From Mobula hypostoma (taxonomy: Eukaryota), in contig NC_086108.1 in NCBI RefSeq assembly GCF_963921235.1, forward strand, positions 107,696,001 through 107,760,000: 64,000 bases of DNA, given 5' to 3'. The notes below the pieces were generated by a model. That model saw nothing but the letters and a program-made list of their open reading frames with translations. It ran no database searches and was not told where the DNA came from. This document shows, piece after piece, positions 11,324 to 23,613 of the stretch. The position numbers and the translations under genes were made by a program. Numbering within the stretch: position 1 is the stretch's first letter; every line of letters begins with the position of its first letter.

Positions 11324-11658
11324 TTATGCAACCTATTATTTTGTGTGCGATTTTGTAGAAAATTGTTTACGCTTTGACATGAAAGAGTCTTCTGTTGATC
11401 AGTGTCAAAAAATACAAATTAAATCTACTGTGAATCAATGTTATAAAACAAGAAAATTTCCGGGGGGGGGGGGTGAATACTTTTTATAGGCACTGTAACC
11501 TAGCCTTATCATAGGACAATTTACCATGATGTCTTAACCTACTTCCTGGTACATTTTTGGACTGTGGAAGGAAACTTATGCAGTACATGGGTAGAACGTA
11601 CAAACTCCTTACAAACGGCACTGGAATTTAACTCTGAACTTCAAATCCCCAATCTGAA

Positions 11659-12775
11659 GAACATAGAACATACAAATCTACAGCACATTGCAGGCCCTTC
11701 AGCCCACAATGGTGTGGCGACCACGTATCCTACTCTTGAAACTGTCTAGAATTACCCCACAGCATAGCCCTCTATTTTTCTAAGCTCCATGTACCTATCT
11801 AAGAGGCTCTTAAAAGACTCTACTGTATCCCCCTCCACCACTGTTGCTGGCAGTGCATTCCACACATTCACCACTCTCTGTGTGGTAAACCTACCCCTGA
11901 CATCCTCCTTGTACCTACTTCCAAGCACCTTACAACTATTACACCTAACAACCTAAATGTTAGCCATTTCAGTCCTGGGGAAAAGCCTCTGGCTATCCAC
12001 ACGATCAACGCCTCTCATCATACACCTCTATCAGGTCACCTCTCATCCCCCATTGCTCCAAGGAGAAAAGGCCAAGCTCACTCAAACTTTTCTCATAAGG
12101 TATGCTCTCCAGTCCAAGCATCCTTGTAAATCTCCTCTGCACTCTTTCTATAGTATCCATATCCTTCCTGCAGTGAGGTGACCAGAACTGAACACAATAC
12201 TCAAAATGGAGTCTGACTAAGGTCTTATATAGCTGTAACATTACATCACAACACTCGAACTCAATCCCATGGTTGATGAAGACCAACATATACTATACAC
12301 CTCCTCAATAATACTATATTCTGTCTTCAAATTTGACTGACCAGAATGAACCACTTCACACTTATCTGGGTTGAACTCCATCTGTCACTTCTCAGCCCAG
12401 TTCTGCATCCTATCGATGCCCCACTGTAACCTCTGACAACCCTCTGGACTATTCACAACACCCTTAACTTTTGTGTCAGCAGCAAACTTACTAACACACC
12501 CTTCTACTTCTTCATTCAGGTCATTTATAAAAATCACAAAGAGGAGGGGTCCCAGAACAGATCCCTGTGGAACACCACTGGTCACTGTCCTCCATGCAGA
12601 ATATGAACCATCTACAACCACCCTTGGCTTTCTGTGGGCAAGCCAACTCTGGATCCACAAAGCAAGGTCTCCTTGGATCACATGCCTCCGAAGGAGCTTT
12701 GCATGGGGAACCTTATCAAATGCCTTACTGAAATCCATATACACTACATCCACTGCTCTACATTCATCAATGTGT
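11659..12775 (-). mobile_element. 5'-truncated CR1 (second subfamily), decayed RT and 3'UTR
   Basis: YMDFSKAFDKVP, GVPQGSVLGP, LVRLHFEYCVQFWSP; ctatgtt tail at the left; splits a V-SINE. Confidence 0.9.
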
Positions 12776-12859
12776 AATCTGTAATAGTATCGTGCTAACC
12801 ACTACGCTGTCGTGGTTTTGAAGTGTTGTTGAATTGATGACCGATAATTTACCATAACA

Positions 12860-13005
12860 GGTTTCCCAAACAATGTGATGGTAACCTGATAATCATCTGT
12901 TTACATCATGGTGATGTTGCTTGAGGGTAAATATTGGCTTTCATATGTCTTGCCTTTTTAGTAAATCATGTCCTGGGATTTTTATGTTTAGCTGAAAGGC
13001 AGAGG
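12860..13005 (-). mobile_element. Ancient DeuSINE-like (SacSINE1/AmnSINE-type) fragment
   Basis: aatgtgatggtaacctgataatc..tgttt..gtgatgttgcttgagggtaaatattggc..tgggatttt..ctgaaaggcaga resembles the DeuSINE consensus as recalled, not aligned. Confidence 0.5.
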
Positions 13006-13337
13006 AAAGTACATAGTAGTTAACCAACATATAACAGTTTAACACAGTATCTGGGCCAAATGGAAAACAAAATTCAACTAAATCTCTCCTGGCTGTACAT
13101 GATCCATATCCCTCCATTGTTGGCTTGTAGCTACTGCAAGCTACTAGACAGCTACTTGGATCCACAGGTGAGAGCTGAGTGTCTGGTAGGGTTCAAAGGT
13201 GCCCCTGCTTGGTCATGACAAGCCCCTTTACCAGAGGTACTACCCCTCCCTGGACATCCCATGCACCCCAAATGTCTGTCTAAAAACTTCGTAAATGCCA
13301 TGATCATACCTGTTCCTTTGACCCGCTCCAGGCACCT

Positions 13338-13626
13338 GCCACGGTAGTGTAGCGGTTAGCGCAACTCTATTACAGCTCAGTGTGTTCTGGAGTTCAGAGT
13401 TCAATCTGGGCACCCTCTGTAAGAAGTTTGTACATCCTCCCTGTGGAATACTTGGGTTTGCCCTGAATGCTCCGGTTTCCTCCCACAATCCAAAGACTTA
13501 TTGGGTAGGTTAATTGGTCATTGTAAAATTGTCCTGTGGTTAGGTTAGAGTTAATCGGGGTTGTGGGGCAGTGAGGCTCGAAGGGCTGAGAGGGCTGTAT
13601 CACTAAATAAAATAAAATAAAATAAT
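13338..13626 (+). mobile_element. tRNA-derived V-SINE (HE1-like)
   Basis: A-box cacggtagtgtagcggttagc, V-domain tgctccggtttcctcccacaatccaaagac, (taaaa)n tail; about 15 further copies, e.g. 15275, 15530, 28168, 39810, 40735, 42160, 45392, 48365, 49090. Confidence 0.85.
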
Positions 13627-13759
13627 CCTGGCAGCATGTTCCTGGCACTCTCCTCTTCTGTGCAAAACAATCTTGACCCCCACATCTCCCTTAAACCCCT
13701 TCTTAAATACATGTCCTATAGTATTGTTCCTTAAGATGTGTCACAGCCGGAGGGAGGGG

Positions 13760-14265
13760 TTGGATTGTGTGTTTGTAGTGGGGGTAAGCTCCCACTGACC
13801 ATTAAATGCTCCCAATGGCAAGTGCCTCAAATATCCTTTGACAGCCATATCCAGCTCCTGGTCTTCATATGTGGGCTTAGCTACTAAACCGAGCAGAACT
13901 GTTTCTACTGACAGAAGAAGGGGTAAAGGCAGGTTCCTGACACCTTAAAGCCAGTTGCTTCAGGAAGAAGAGCTCATTAGCAGTGGTTGGCAGCTCATCC
14001 AGGAGAAGAAAACTCTGATCTCAAATCTCCGCTGTACCCACTCAAGCAGGAAGACTTCAAGAGTAAATCCTGAGGAAAAATCAGGAGCTGATAGCCCTGA
14101 CTGTCTTGGTCTCTGTCATTCGTCTGGATTCGTCAGCGGCACGGAGGAGGGGAGCCTGCTACACGGGCAGCAGCTTGCTCTCCGTGTCGTACTGCCCTGG
14201 CTTGTGTATCACGTAGACAGCCGGGATGCAACATCTATGGTCGATCCTGACTAAAGGAGGGCCTC
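13760..14265 (+). mobile_element. Non-autonomous RTE-derived repeat, copy 1
   Basis: Reverse-complement match to 44418-44965; RTE-5'UTR-like gagtaaatcctgaggaaaaatcaggagctg. Confidence 0.55.
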
Positions 14266-14573
14266 AAGGTACTTGACATTTATATCCTGGGTAAACGAAT
14301 CAAGGTTCAAGACTCAGGGTTGTTGTTAATTTGGATCCAATGCAGCACAAAACACAAAAGATAAAGAACACAAGGATAATAAAAAACATAATAAGTATAA
14401 ATGCATTAGATGGCTTATATGCATATACATAGATTGAGTGTAAATCCATAATCTGTTGCTAGAATGTGCATAAAGTGACTGATGGAAGCAAGAAAGTAGT
14501 GGTGGGGTTAGTGGGTGGAGGTGCTGATCAGCTTTATTGCTTTATTATGTATTATATTTATAATTATACTTAA

Positions 14574-14877
14574 TAGGCATCCGTTAGTCTCGTGAGACCA
14601 TGGATTTGCGCCTTGGAAGGTTTCCAGGGCGCAGGCCTGGACAAGGTTGTATGGAAGACCAGCAGTTGCCCATGCTTCAAGTCTCCCCTCTCCACGTCAC
14701 CAATTTTGTCCAAGGGAAGGGCATTAGGACCCATACAGCTTGGCACCAGTGTCGTCGCAGAGCAATGTGTGATTAAGTGCCTTGCTCAAGGACACAACAC
14801 GTTGCCTCAGCCAAGGCTCGAACTAGTGACCTTCAGATCACTAGACGAACGCCTTAACCACTTGGCCACGCACCAAC
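14574..14877 (-). mobile_element. tRNA-headed CORE-like SINE with RTE-type tail, copy 1
   Basis: tggccaagtggttaagg A-box, gttcgagcc B-box, tgtgtccttgagcaaggcacttaa core, tail ccatggtctcacgagactaacggatgccta; matches 19866-20170. Confidence 0.8.
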
Positions 14878-15274
14878 ACATTATATTTATTATCATGATT
14901 TAATTATCTGGTGCAGAAGACTTGATTGGTTGAATGGTCTAATTCTGCTTCTATGTCTTCTGGTCTTGTTTTTATCCTAATAAATTAAGGAATGGTCAAT
15001 TTTAGCCAAAACTCTTCAGTGTCTTCCAACTTTTCTTCTCCCCTTCCCAAATACCCCCCAACACCTCCATCAGCTATCATCAACCACTCCTCTCCTGGGT
15101 GTAGCCACTCACCACCACACATAGTTCACCCACACATTTCCTCCTAAAGAGTGGTACTTCCCACTTGGGTTTCAAATACCCAAATAATTTTCCCTGGGTC
15201 CGACACATTGATACAGTCATGAAGTGACACACTAACGGCTCTAATTCATTAGAGATTGGAAATGATATTTGATT

Positions 15275-15812
15275 GGGGCGCCATGGTAGCGTACTGATTA
15301 GCGCAATGCTCTTGCAGCTCGGAGCATCAAAGTTTGGAGTTCAATCAGGCATTCTCTCTGAGCAGATTTGCACGTTCCTCCCCGGGTGCTCTGGTTTCCT
15401 CAAACAGTCCAAAGATGGATGGGTTAGTAAGCTAAATGGTCACTGTAAATTGTCCTGTGATTAGATTCGTGTTAAATGGGTGGTATGGCTCAATGAGCCA
15501 GTAAGGTCTGTTCTACGCTGAATTGACTTATTGAGATGCAGCATGGAATAGGCCCTTCTAGCCCTTTGAACCGTGCCACCCAGTAATCCCCCAATTTAAT
15601 TCTGGCCTAATCTCAGAACAGTTTACAATGACCAATTAACCTACTATCTGGTACATCTTTGGACTGTGGGAGGAAACCGGAGCACCCAGAGGAAACCCAC
15701 GTGGTCATGGGGAGAACATACAAGTTCCTTACAGGCACCAACGGGAATTGAACCTGGGTCACTGGTACTGCAAAGCGTTGTGCTAACCGCTACGCCACCG
15801 TGCCACCCCGCC
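15275..15812. mobile_element. Two V-SINEs, tail-to-tail
   Basis: Plus copy 15275-15520 and minus copy 15530-15812, each with tRNA head and V-domain. Confidence 0.75.
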
Positions 15813-17328
15813 AAGTAATATAAATAAAATCTCATTAAAGGTTCTGGCAAATATCTATTGGTGAATGGTGGAGTGCACTTTGACTGGTATGGAGGCTCCA
15901 ACGCGCAGGATCAGAAAAAGCGTAGAGGTTGTATATTCAGACAGCTCCAGAACCATCGAGGAAATTTTCAAGAGACAGTGCCTTAAGAAAACAGCATCCA
16001 TCATAAAGTACCCTCAACATCCAGAATATATTTTCTTCTCACTGCTACCATCGATGAGGAAGTACAGGAGCCTGACAACCCAAACCCAACATTTTAGAAA
16101 CAAGTTTATTGCCTTGGCCTTCATATTTCTAAACAGTCCTCATCAAGGGTCTTGGCCCAAAACGTAAACTGTTTATTCCTCTCCATCGATACTGCCTGCC
16201 CTGCTGACTTCCTTCAGCATTTTTTGTGTGTTACTACCTCATTTTTTTTTGCACAATTTAGTTCTGTAATTTACAGATTTTTATATTTTTGTACTTTGAA
16301 TGAATGTTCGTCCATTGTCATCGCCGATGAAGACCTCGACACCATTGATGGTGTTGACACTAGCACGTGATTTGGATTTAAGTGAGGGAGAGTTGCGCAG
16401 CGTCAGCCTCACTCTCTCTTCTCAATTCCCATCTGGATCCAGTGGCAAGACTGAATCGAGACGGCTGGAGATGGGACTAGGTGCAGTGGATGACCAGGAC
16501 ATCTTCTGTGTCTTGTCATGCTCTGTACTTTACCGCTGCTGAGAAACTACAAATTTCACATCATGTTTCAGTGACGGTAAATCTGATTCTGATGCTAATA
16601 CTAGATGGCATACATTTAATGTAACGGGGAGAGCTCAAAGGAGATATGTGGGGCAAGTTTTCGAGAGAGTGGTGGGTGTGTGTGGCACGTGCTGCCAGTG
16701 GAGATGATGGAAGCAGATATAGTCATAAATGCATTTAAGAAGTCGTTCGAAAACCTACACAGAATGGCAGGACATGGACCATGTGCAGGCAGAAGGACTG
16801 AATCTAATGAAGAGTCATTGGTTTAATTCAGGGGTTCCCAACCTTTTTTATGCCACGGACCAATACCATTAAGCAAGGAATTTGTGGACTCCAGGTTAGG
16901 ATTTAATTAGCTCATCTCAATATTAAAGATAAGCTTTATTTGTGACATGTACAGTGAATCAATGACCAATGCAGTCCAAGGGTGTGCTAGGGACAGTTCA
17001 CAAACACCTCCATGCTTGCTAGCATAGCATACCTACAGCCTACTACCACAGGCCTGTATGTCCTCGGAACGTGGAAGGAGACCGGGGCACCTGGAGGAAA
17101 CCCACGTGTCGGGCAATCCACATCTGGGGTGTGTGAAAACAGCTCCTTTTTTATCAGACTTTTTAAAGGCAGAGCTTTGCGGTGGTTTCTGAATTGAAGA
17201 GCGACCAATCAGCAAGAGGGATTCATTAGAAAGGCGCCAGTAAAAATAATTCAAGTGCAAGTGGAGTGGCCGTTGTTTGGAGTGTGCCAGTCTTTAGAAT
17301 GGCTTTGGCTCATCAGGCTTAGGTGAGG

Positions 17329-18389
17329 TCTCTCCCTCCCTCTCCCTCTCCCTCTCCCCCTCCCCCTCCCCCTCCCCCTCCCCCTCCCCCTCCCCCTCCC
17401 CCTCCCCCTCCCCCTCCCCCTCCCCCTCCCCCTCCCCCCCCCCTCTCTCCCACCCCTCTCTCCCACCCCTCTCTCCCACCCCTCTCTCCCACCCCTCTCT
17501 CCCACCCCTCTCTCCCCCCCTCTCTCCCCCCTCTCCTCTCCCCCCCCTCTCTCCCCCCCTCTCTCCCCCTCTCTCCCCCCCTCTCTCCCCCCCCTCTCCC
17601 CCCCTCTCTCCCCCCCTCTCTCCCCCCTCTCTCCCCCCCCCTCTCTCCCCCTCTCTCCCCCCCCTCTCCCCCCCTCTCCCCCCCCTCTCTCCCCCCCTCT
17701 CCCCCCCCTCTCTCCCCCCTCTCCCCCCCTCTCTCCCCCCTCTCTCCCCTCCCCCCTCTCCCCCCCCTCTCCCCCCCCCTCTCTCCCCCCTCTCTCCCCC
17801 CTCTCTCCCCCCTCTCCCCCCTCCCCCCCTCTCTCCCCCCTCCCCCTCTCTCTCTCCCCCCCCCCCCCCTCTCCCCCCCCTCTCTCCCCCCCTCCCCCCC
17901 TCTCCCCCCCCTCTCTCCCCCCCTCTCCCCCCCCCTCTCTCCCCCCCTCTCTCCCCCCCTCTCCCCCCTCTCCCCCCTCCCCCCCCCTCTCCCCCTCTCT
18001 CCCCCCTCTCTCCCCCCCCCCTCTCCCCCCCCTCTCCCCCCCCTCTCTCTCTCCCCCCCTCTCTCCCCCTCTCTCCCCCCCTCTCTCCCCCCCCCCCTCT
18101 CTCCCCCCCTCTCTCTCTCCCCCTCTCTCTCCCCCCCTCTCTCCCCCCCCCTCTCTCCCCCCCCTCTCTCTCTCCCCCCCCCTCTCTCCCCCCCCTCTCT
18201 CCCCCCCCTCTCTCTCCCCCCCCCCTCTCTCCCCCCCCTCTCTCTCCCCCCTCTCTCTCCCCCCCCCTCCCCCCCCCCTCTCCCCCCCCCCCTCCCCCCC
18301 CCCTCTCTCCCCCCCCCCCCTCTCTCCCCCCCCCCTCTCTCTCCCCCCCCTCTCTCTCCCCCCCCTCTCCCTCTCTCTCCCCCCCCCCC
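17329..18389. repeat. About 1.06-kb C/T-only polypyrimidine/polypurine tract
   Basis: (CCCCCT)n then irregular CT/CCC runs; only a few A and no G on the plus strand. Confidence 0.95.
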
Positions 18390-19865
18390 ATTAGGGTATA
18401 GTAGATTAGTGAGAGTAGCCCCAGGAGCAGTGATATGTACTGTATATGGGATGTGGGAAGTCTTGGAGACATCCAGTCTTCCAGGACAACACACATGCAC
18501 CAGGTCTCAGCTCCTGAGAGAAGGTATTAAGGAAATGGAACTGCAGCTCAATGACTTTTGACTCGTACGGGAGAATGAGGACGTAATAAAGAGGAGCTAC
18601 GGGGCAGTAGTTACCCCTAGGTTAGAGGAGACAGGTAACTGGGTGAGCGTCAGGAAAAGGAAGGGAAATGTACTGTCTGGGGAAAGTACACTGCGGCCAT
18701 TCCCCTCAATAGTAAGTATAAAACTTTAGCTACTACTGAGAGGGATGACCTAGAGAGGGGGAGCCGCAGTGCCTGGGTCTCAGGCACCGAGTCTGGTGCT
18801 GTGGCTCAGAAAAGCAGAGAGGGGAAGGGGGCTGCAGTGCTGATAGTCAGAGGAGCAGAGACGAGGTTCTGTGAGCACAGAAGTGGCATCCACATGGTGT
18901 GTTGTCTCCCTGGTAAGAGGATCAGGGATGTCTCAGTTTGGGTCCGTGGTGTTCACAAGGATGAGGGTGAGCAGCCAGATGTACATATTGGCAGTGAGAT
19001 AGGGAGGAAAGATGAAAGAGCCCTGCAGAGAGATCTTAGTAAGCTAGGTGGAAAGCTGAGAAACAGGACCTGCAGGGTAGTAATCATTGGATTGCTGCCT
19101 GCGTCACGTGCCAGTGAGGGCAAGAATAGGATGATGTGGCAGGTGACTGCATGGCTGAGGAACTGGCGCAGGTGGCAGTGGTTCAAATTTACGGATCATT
19201 GGGATCTCTCCTGGGGCAGATATAACCTGCAGAAAAAGAACAGGTTACCTCTGAACGTGAGGGGAACTGATGTCCTTGCGGGCAGGTTGGCTAGAGTTGT
19301 TCGGGTGGATTTAAACTAATTTAACAGTGATAGTGCTGAAGATAAGATAGTTGGTCTACAAACAGAAGAAGTGTGTAGTGAAGCTCCAAGCAAGGAGAGG
19401 TTGATGATTGGGCAAAATTGCAGTCGACAGGATGAGATGCAATGTAAAAGGCTGACAGAATTGAAAAGGATGAATACAGGACTGAAGGTATTATATTTGA
19501 ATGTGCGAAGTATACAGAATAAGGACAATGAACTTGTAGCACTGTTACAGATTGGCATGTAACAGTGAATCATACTGAAAGGAGATTATAGCGGGGAACT
19601 TAATGTCCAAGGATCCACATTGCATCATGAGGACATGCCGGAAAGCAGTGGAGGTGGTGTGCCTTTGTTAGTAAAAAATGAAACCAAATCATTAGAATGA
19701 GATGACATTGGATCGATGGTGTTGAATTGTTGTGGATAGATCTAAGGATCTGCAAGTGTAAAAACACCCTGGTGGGAATAATATACAGACCCCTTAGCAG
19801 TAGTAAGGATGTGGTCTACAAGTTACAAGGGGAGATGGGCAATGCTATAATAGTCATGAGGGACA

Positions 19866-20170
19866 TCAGTACGTGTGACCAAGTGGTTAAGGTGTCGTCT
19901 GGTGATCTGAAGGTCGCTAGTTCAAGCCTTGGCTGAGGCAGCGTGTTGTGTCCTTGAGCAAGGCACTTAACCATACATTGCTCTGCGATGACACCGGTGC
20001 CAAGCTGTATGGGTTCTAATGCCCTTCCCTTGGACAACATTGGTGGCGTGGAGAGGGGAGAGGTGTGGCATGGGCAACTGCTGGTCTTCCGTACAGACCT
20101 TGCCCAGGCCTGCGCCCTGGAAACCTTCCAAGGCGCAAATCCATGGTCTCACGAGACTAACGGATGCCTA
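19866..20170 (+). mobile_element. tRNA-headed CORE-like SINE with RTE-type tail, copy 2
   Basis: Close match to the reverse complement of 14574-14877; interrupts the CR1 APE domain at the GDFN codons. Confidence 0.82.
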
Positions 20171-22361
20171 TATCAATATGCAGGTAGATTGGGAAAATCA
20201 GGTTGGTGCTGGATTACAAGAAGAGGATCTTCTAAAATGTCGATGGGATGGTTTTCCAGAGCAGCTTGTGGATCAGCTATTTTGGATTGGGCATTGTGCA
20301 AAGAACCAGAATTGATTAGAGAGCTTAAGGTTAAGGAACTTTTCTTGCAAAGTGATCATAATATGGTTGAATTCACCCTGAAATTTGAGAAGGAGAAGCT
20401 AAAGTCAGATGTATCAGTATTTGATAGATAGATAGATACTTTATTGATCCTAAAGGAACATACAGTGTCACAGTAGCATTACAAATTCAGATATACAATA
20501 TCAGAAGAGAAGTAAGAATTTTTTTTTATAAAAGCATTACCTTAAACAGTCTAAACAGGATGTCACGTTGACCAGATTATGGACACCCCAGAGTTCTGAA
20601 AGAGGTGGCTGAAGAGATTGTGGAGGCATTAGTAATGATCTTTCAAGAATCACTAGATCTTGGAATATTTTTGGAAGACTAGAAATGTTACTGCACTGTT
20701 CAAGGAGGGAGAGAGGCAGAAGAAAGGAAACTATAGGCCAATTATTCTGACCTCGGTGGTTGGGAAGATGTTGGAGTTGATTATTAAGGATGAGGTTTCA
20801 GGATACTTGGAGGCACATGATAAAATAGGCTGTAGCCAGTGTGGTTTCCACAAGGGAAATTCTTGCCTGACAAATTTGTTGCAATTCTTTGAAGAAGTAA
20901 TAAACAGGATAGACAAAGGGGAATCGGTTGATGTTGCGTACTTGGATTTTCAGAAGGCCTTTGACAAGGTGTCACACATGAGGCTGCTTAACAAGCTACG
21001 AGCCCATGGTATTACAGGAAAGACTCTAGCATGGATGAAGCAGTGGCTGATTGGCAGGAGGTAAAGAGTGGGAATAAAGGGAGCCTTTTCTGGATGGTTG
21101 CCGGTGACTAGTGGTGTTCCACAGGGGTCTGTGTTGGAACTGATTCTTTTTACGTTACTTGCCAATAATTTTGATGGCATTGATGGTGCAAAGTTTGCAG
21201 ATAGGTGGATGGGCAAGTAGTTTTTAAGAAGTAGAGAGGCTACAGAAGAACTTGGACAGATTTGGAGAAGGGGCAAAGAAATGGCAGATGGAATACAATG
21301 TCAAGAAGTGTATGGTCATGCACTTTGACATTTTTTCCCCATCTCTAAATGGAGAGAAAATACAAAAAAGTGAGGCACAAAGGGACTTGGGAGTCCTTGT
21401 GTAGGATTCCCTAAAGGTTAATTTGCTGGTTGAGTCTGTGGTGAGGAAGGCAAATGCAATGTTAGCATTCATTTTAAGAGGACTAGAATATAAGTGCAAG
21501 GATGTAATGTTGAGGTTTTATAAAGCACTGGTGAGGTCTCACTTGGTGTATTGTAAGCAGTTTTGGGCCCCTATCTTTGAAAGGATTTGCTGAAACCAGG
21601 GAGGGTTCAAGGGGAGTTCACAAAAATGATTCCAGGATTAAATGGCTTGTCTTATAAAGAGTGTTTGATGGCTCTGGGCCTGTATTCGCTGGAATTTAGA
21701 GGAATGAGAGCTGACCTAATTGAAACCTATTGAATGGTGAAAGACCTTGATAGAATGGATGTGGAGAGGATGTTTCCAATGGTGACGGTGTCTTTGAACA
21801 GAGGACACAGTCTCAGTATAGACAGGCGTCCTTTTAGAATGGAGATGAGGAGGAATTCCTTTAGTCAGAGGGTGGTGAATCTGTGGAAATCTTTACCACA
21901 GGTAGCTATGGAGACCAAGTCTACATCTATAGTTAAAGCAGAAATTGATAGATTCTTGATTGGTCAGGGTATAAAGGGATACGAGGGGACTGGGGTTGAG
22001 AGGAAAATGGATCAGCCATGATGAAATGGTGGAGCAGACTAAATGGGCCAAATGGCCTAATTCTGTTCCTAGATCTTAAAGTCTTATGGTTTCATGGTGT
22101 TCATGGGAATGACTTTAGAGGTAGTGGTGGGAATTGATCTCATATCAATTTTACAGCCAACATTGTAAAGCATTGTGATAACTGCTCCACTACCATGCCG
22201 CCAAAGGGCTGAAGTGTGTGTTAACACACGGTGCTGTGTTCAGTGTTAATTCGTCGTCCATGCTGAAGTTGCAAATCACAATTAGTTTATCAGTATTATT
22301 ACAGTTGCCTGCGCTCTCTTGGCAATAATGTCCAGGTTAACCGGGTTCAGTGTGACCAGTC

Positions 22362-22778
22362 ATAAACAAGAGATTCTGCAGATGCTGGAAATCCAGAGCA
22401 ACACACAGACAATACTGGAGAAACTCAGCAGGTCAGGCAGCAATAATGAGTAAATTGAAAAATAATAACCGGTCAATGAATTGGGCCAAAATCCTTTACC
22501 AGCACTGTAAAGAAAGGGAGAGGAAGCCAGAATCTTCTTCCCCCACCCCCCCGCCCCCCGCCCAAAGCTGGTCTGACCTGTCACCCTTCAGTTTCCACTC
22601 CTTCCCCTCTCCTTACCTTCTTTCCGGCTTCTGCTCTCTTCCTTTCTAGTTCTGATGAAGGGTCTTGAACCAAAATGTCAACTATATATTCCCCTCCTCC
22701 GATGCTGCCTGACCTGCTGAGCTCCTCCAGCATTTTGTTACTCTCAATTTCCAGCATCTGTAGAATTCCTTGTGTTTA
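22362..22778. mobile_element. Short foldback built from two inverted Penelope-like 3' ends
   Basis: ttctgcagatgctggaaat..ctcagcaggtcaggcagca on the left mirrored by tgctgcctgacctgctgag..atttccagcatctgtagaa on the right. Confidence 0.7.
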
Positions 22779-22957
22779 CATATTTATATATTTATGTAGA
22801 GACACAGCACGGAACAGGCCCTTCTGGTCTGGTGAGCTGTGTTGCCGAGCAATCCACCTGTTCAACCATAGCCTAATCACAGGACAGTTTACAATGAACA
22901 CACATCAAAGTTGCTGGTGACCGCAGTAGGCCAGGCAGCATCTGTAGGAAGAGGTGC

Positions 22958-22993
22958 AGTCGACGTTTCAGGCCGAGACCCTTCGTCAGGACT
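22958..22993 (-). ncRNA. Minimal type I hammerhead ribozyme motif
   Basis: AGTC-CTGACGA-AGG gtctcgg CCT-GAAA-C-GTC-GACT: complete core, 4-bp stem I, 3-bp stem II, palindromic ACGT stem III. Confidence 0.8.
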
Positions 22994-23286
22994 AACTGAA
23001 GGAAGAGTGAGTAAGGGATTTGAAAGTTGGAGGGGGAGGGGGAGATCCAAAATGATAGGAGAAGACAGGAGGGGGAGGGATGGAGCCAAGAGCTGGACAG
23101 GTGATAGGCAAAAGGGATAAGGGAGGATCATGGGACAGGAGGTCCGGGAAGAAAGACAAGGGGGGGGGGACGCAGAGGATGGGCAAGAGGTATATTCAGA
23201 GGGACAGAGGGAGAAAAAGGAGAGTGAGAGAAAGAATGTGTGCATAAAAATAAGTAACAGATGGGGTACGAGGGGGAAGTGGGGCC

Positions 23287-23613
23287 TTAGCGGAAGTTAG
23301 AGAAGTCGATGTTCATACCATCAGGTTGGAGGCTACCCAGACGGAATATAGGGTGTTGTTCCTCCAACCTGAGTGTGGCTTCATCTTTACAGTAGAGGAG
23401 GCCGTGGATAGACATGTCAGAATGGGAATGGGATGTGGAATTAAAATGTGTGGCCACTGGGAGATCCTGCTTTCTCTGGCGGACAAAGCGTAGATGTTCA
23501 GCAAAGCGGTCTCCCAGTCTGCGTCGGGTCTCACCAATATATAAAAGGCCACATCGGGAGCACCGGACGCAGTATATCACCCCAGTCGACTCACAGGTGA
23601 AGTGATGCCTCAC
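23287..23613 (-). pseudogene. GIY-YIG endonuclease domain of the Penelope-like element (left arm)
   Basis: FTCESTGVIYCVRCSRCGLLYIGETRRRLGDRFAEH...LEEQ...PDGMN. Confidence 0.88.

Larger units (their letters stand above)
8898..11495 (+). mobile_element. Tc1/mariner transposon (IR-DR type), decayed
   Basis: TA TSDs; termini CAGCACCTATAAAAACTCTTCACCCC / GGGGTGAATACTTTTTATAGGCACTG; about 200-bp inverted repeats with inner DRs; inserted into a V-SINE. Confidence 0.92.
17140..22090 (+). mobile_element. Decayed near-full-length CR1 with internal deletions and insertions
   Basis: ORF1 remnant 18400-19319 (VCCLPG, VHIG, FTDHW), ORF2 remnants (YLNVRSIQNK, SDHNM, NYRPIILTS, YLDFQKAFDKV, NLWKSLP) and 3'UTR. 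Confidence 0.88.

Noticed and set aside
14800..14877. tRNA gene
   Set aside because: A/B boxes run directly into a SINE core and tail; this is a SINE head, as are the V-SINE heads
16829..16900. hAT-Charlie-type MITE (CAGGGGTTCCCAACC)
   Set aside because: Right TIR incomplete and no clear TSD; too weak to list as a feature
17294..18561. Pro/Ser/Leu-rich and Gly/Glu/Arg-rich ORFs of about 400 aa
   Set aside because: Artefact of a two-letter tract that cannot encode stop codons
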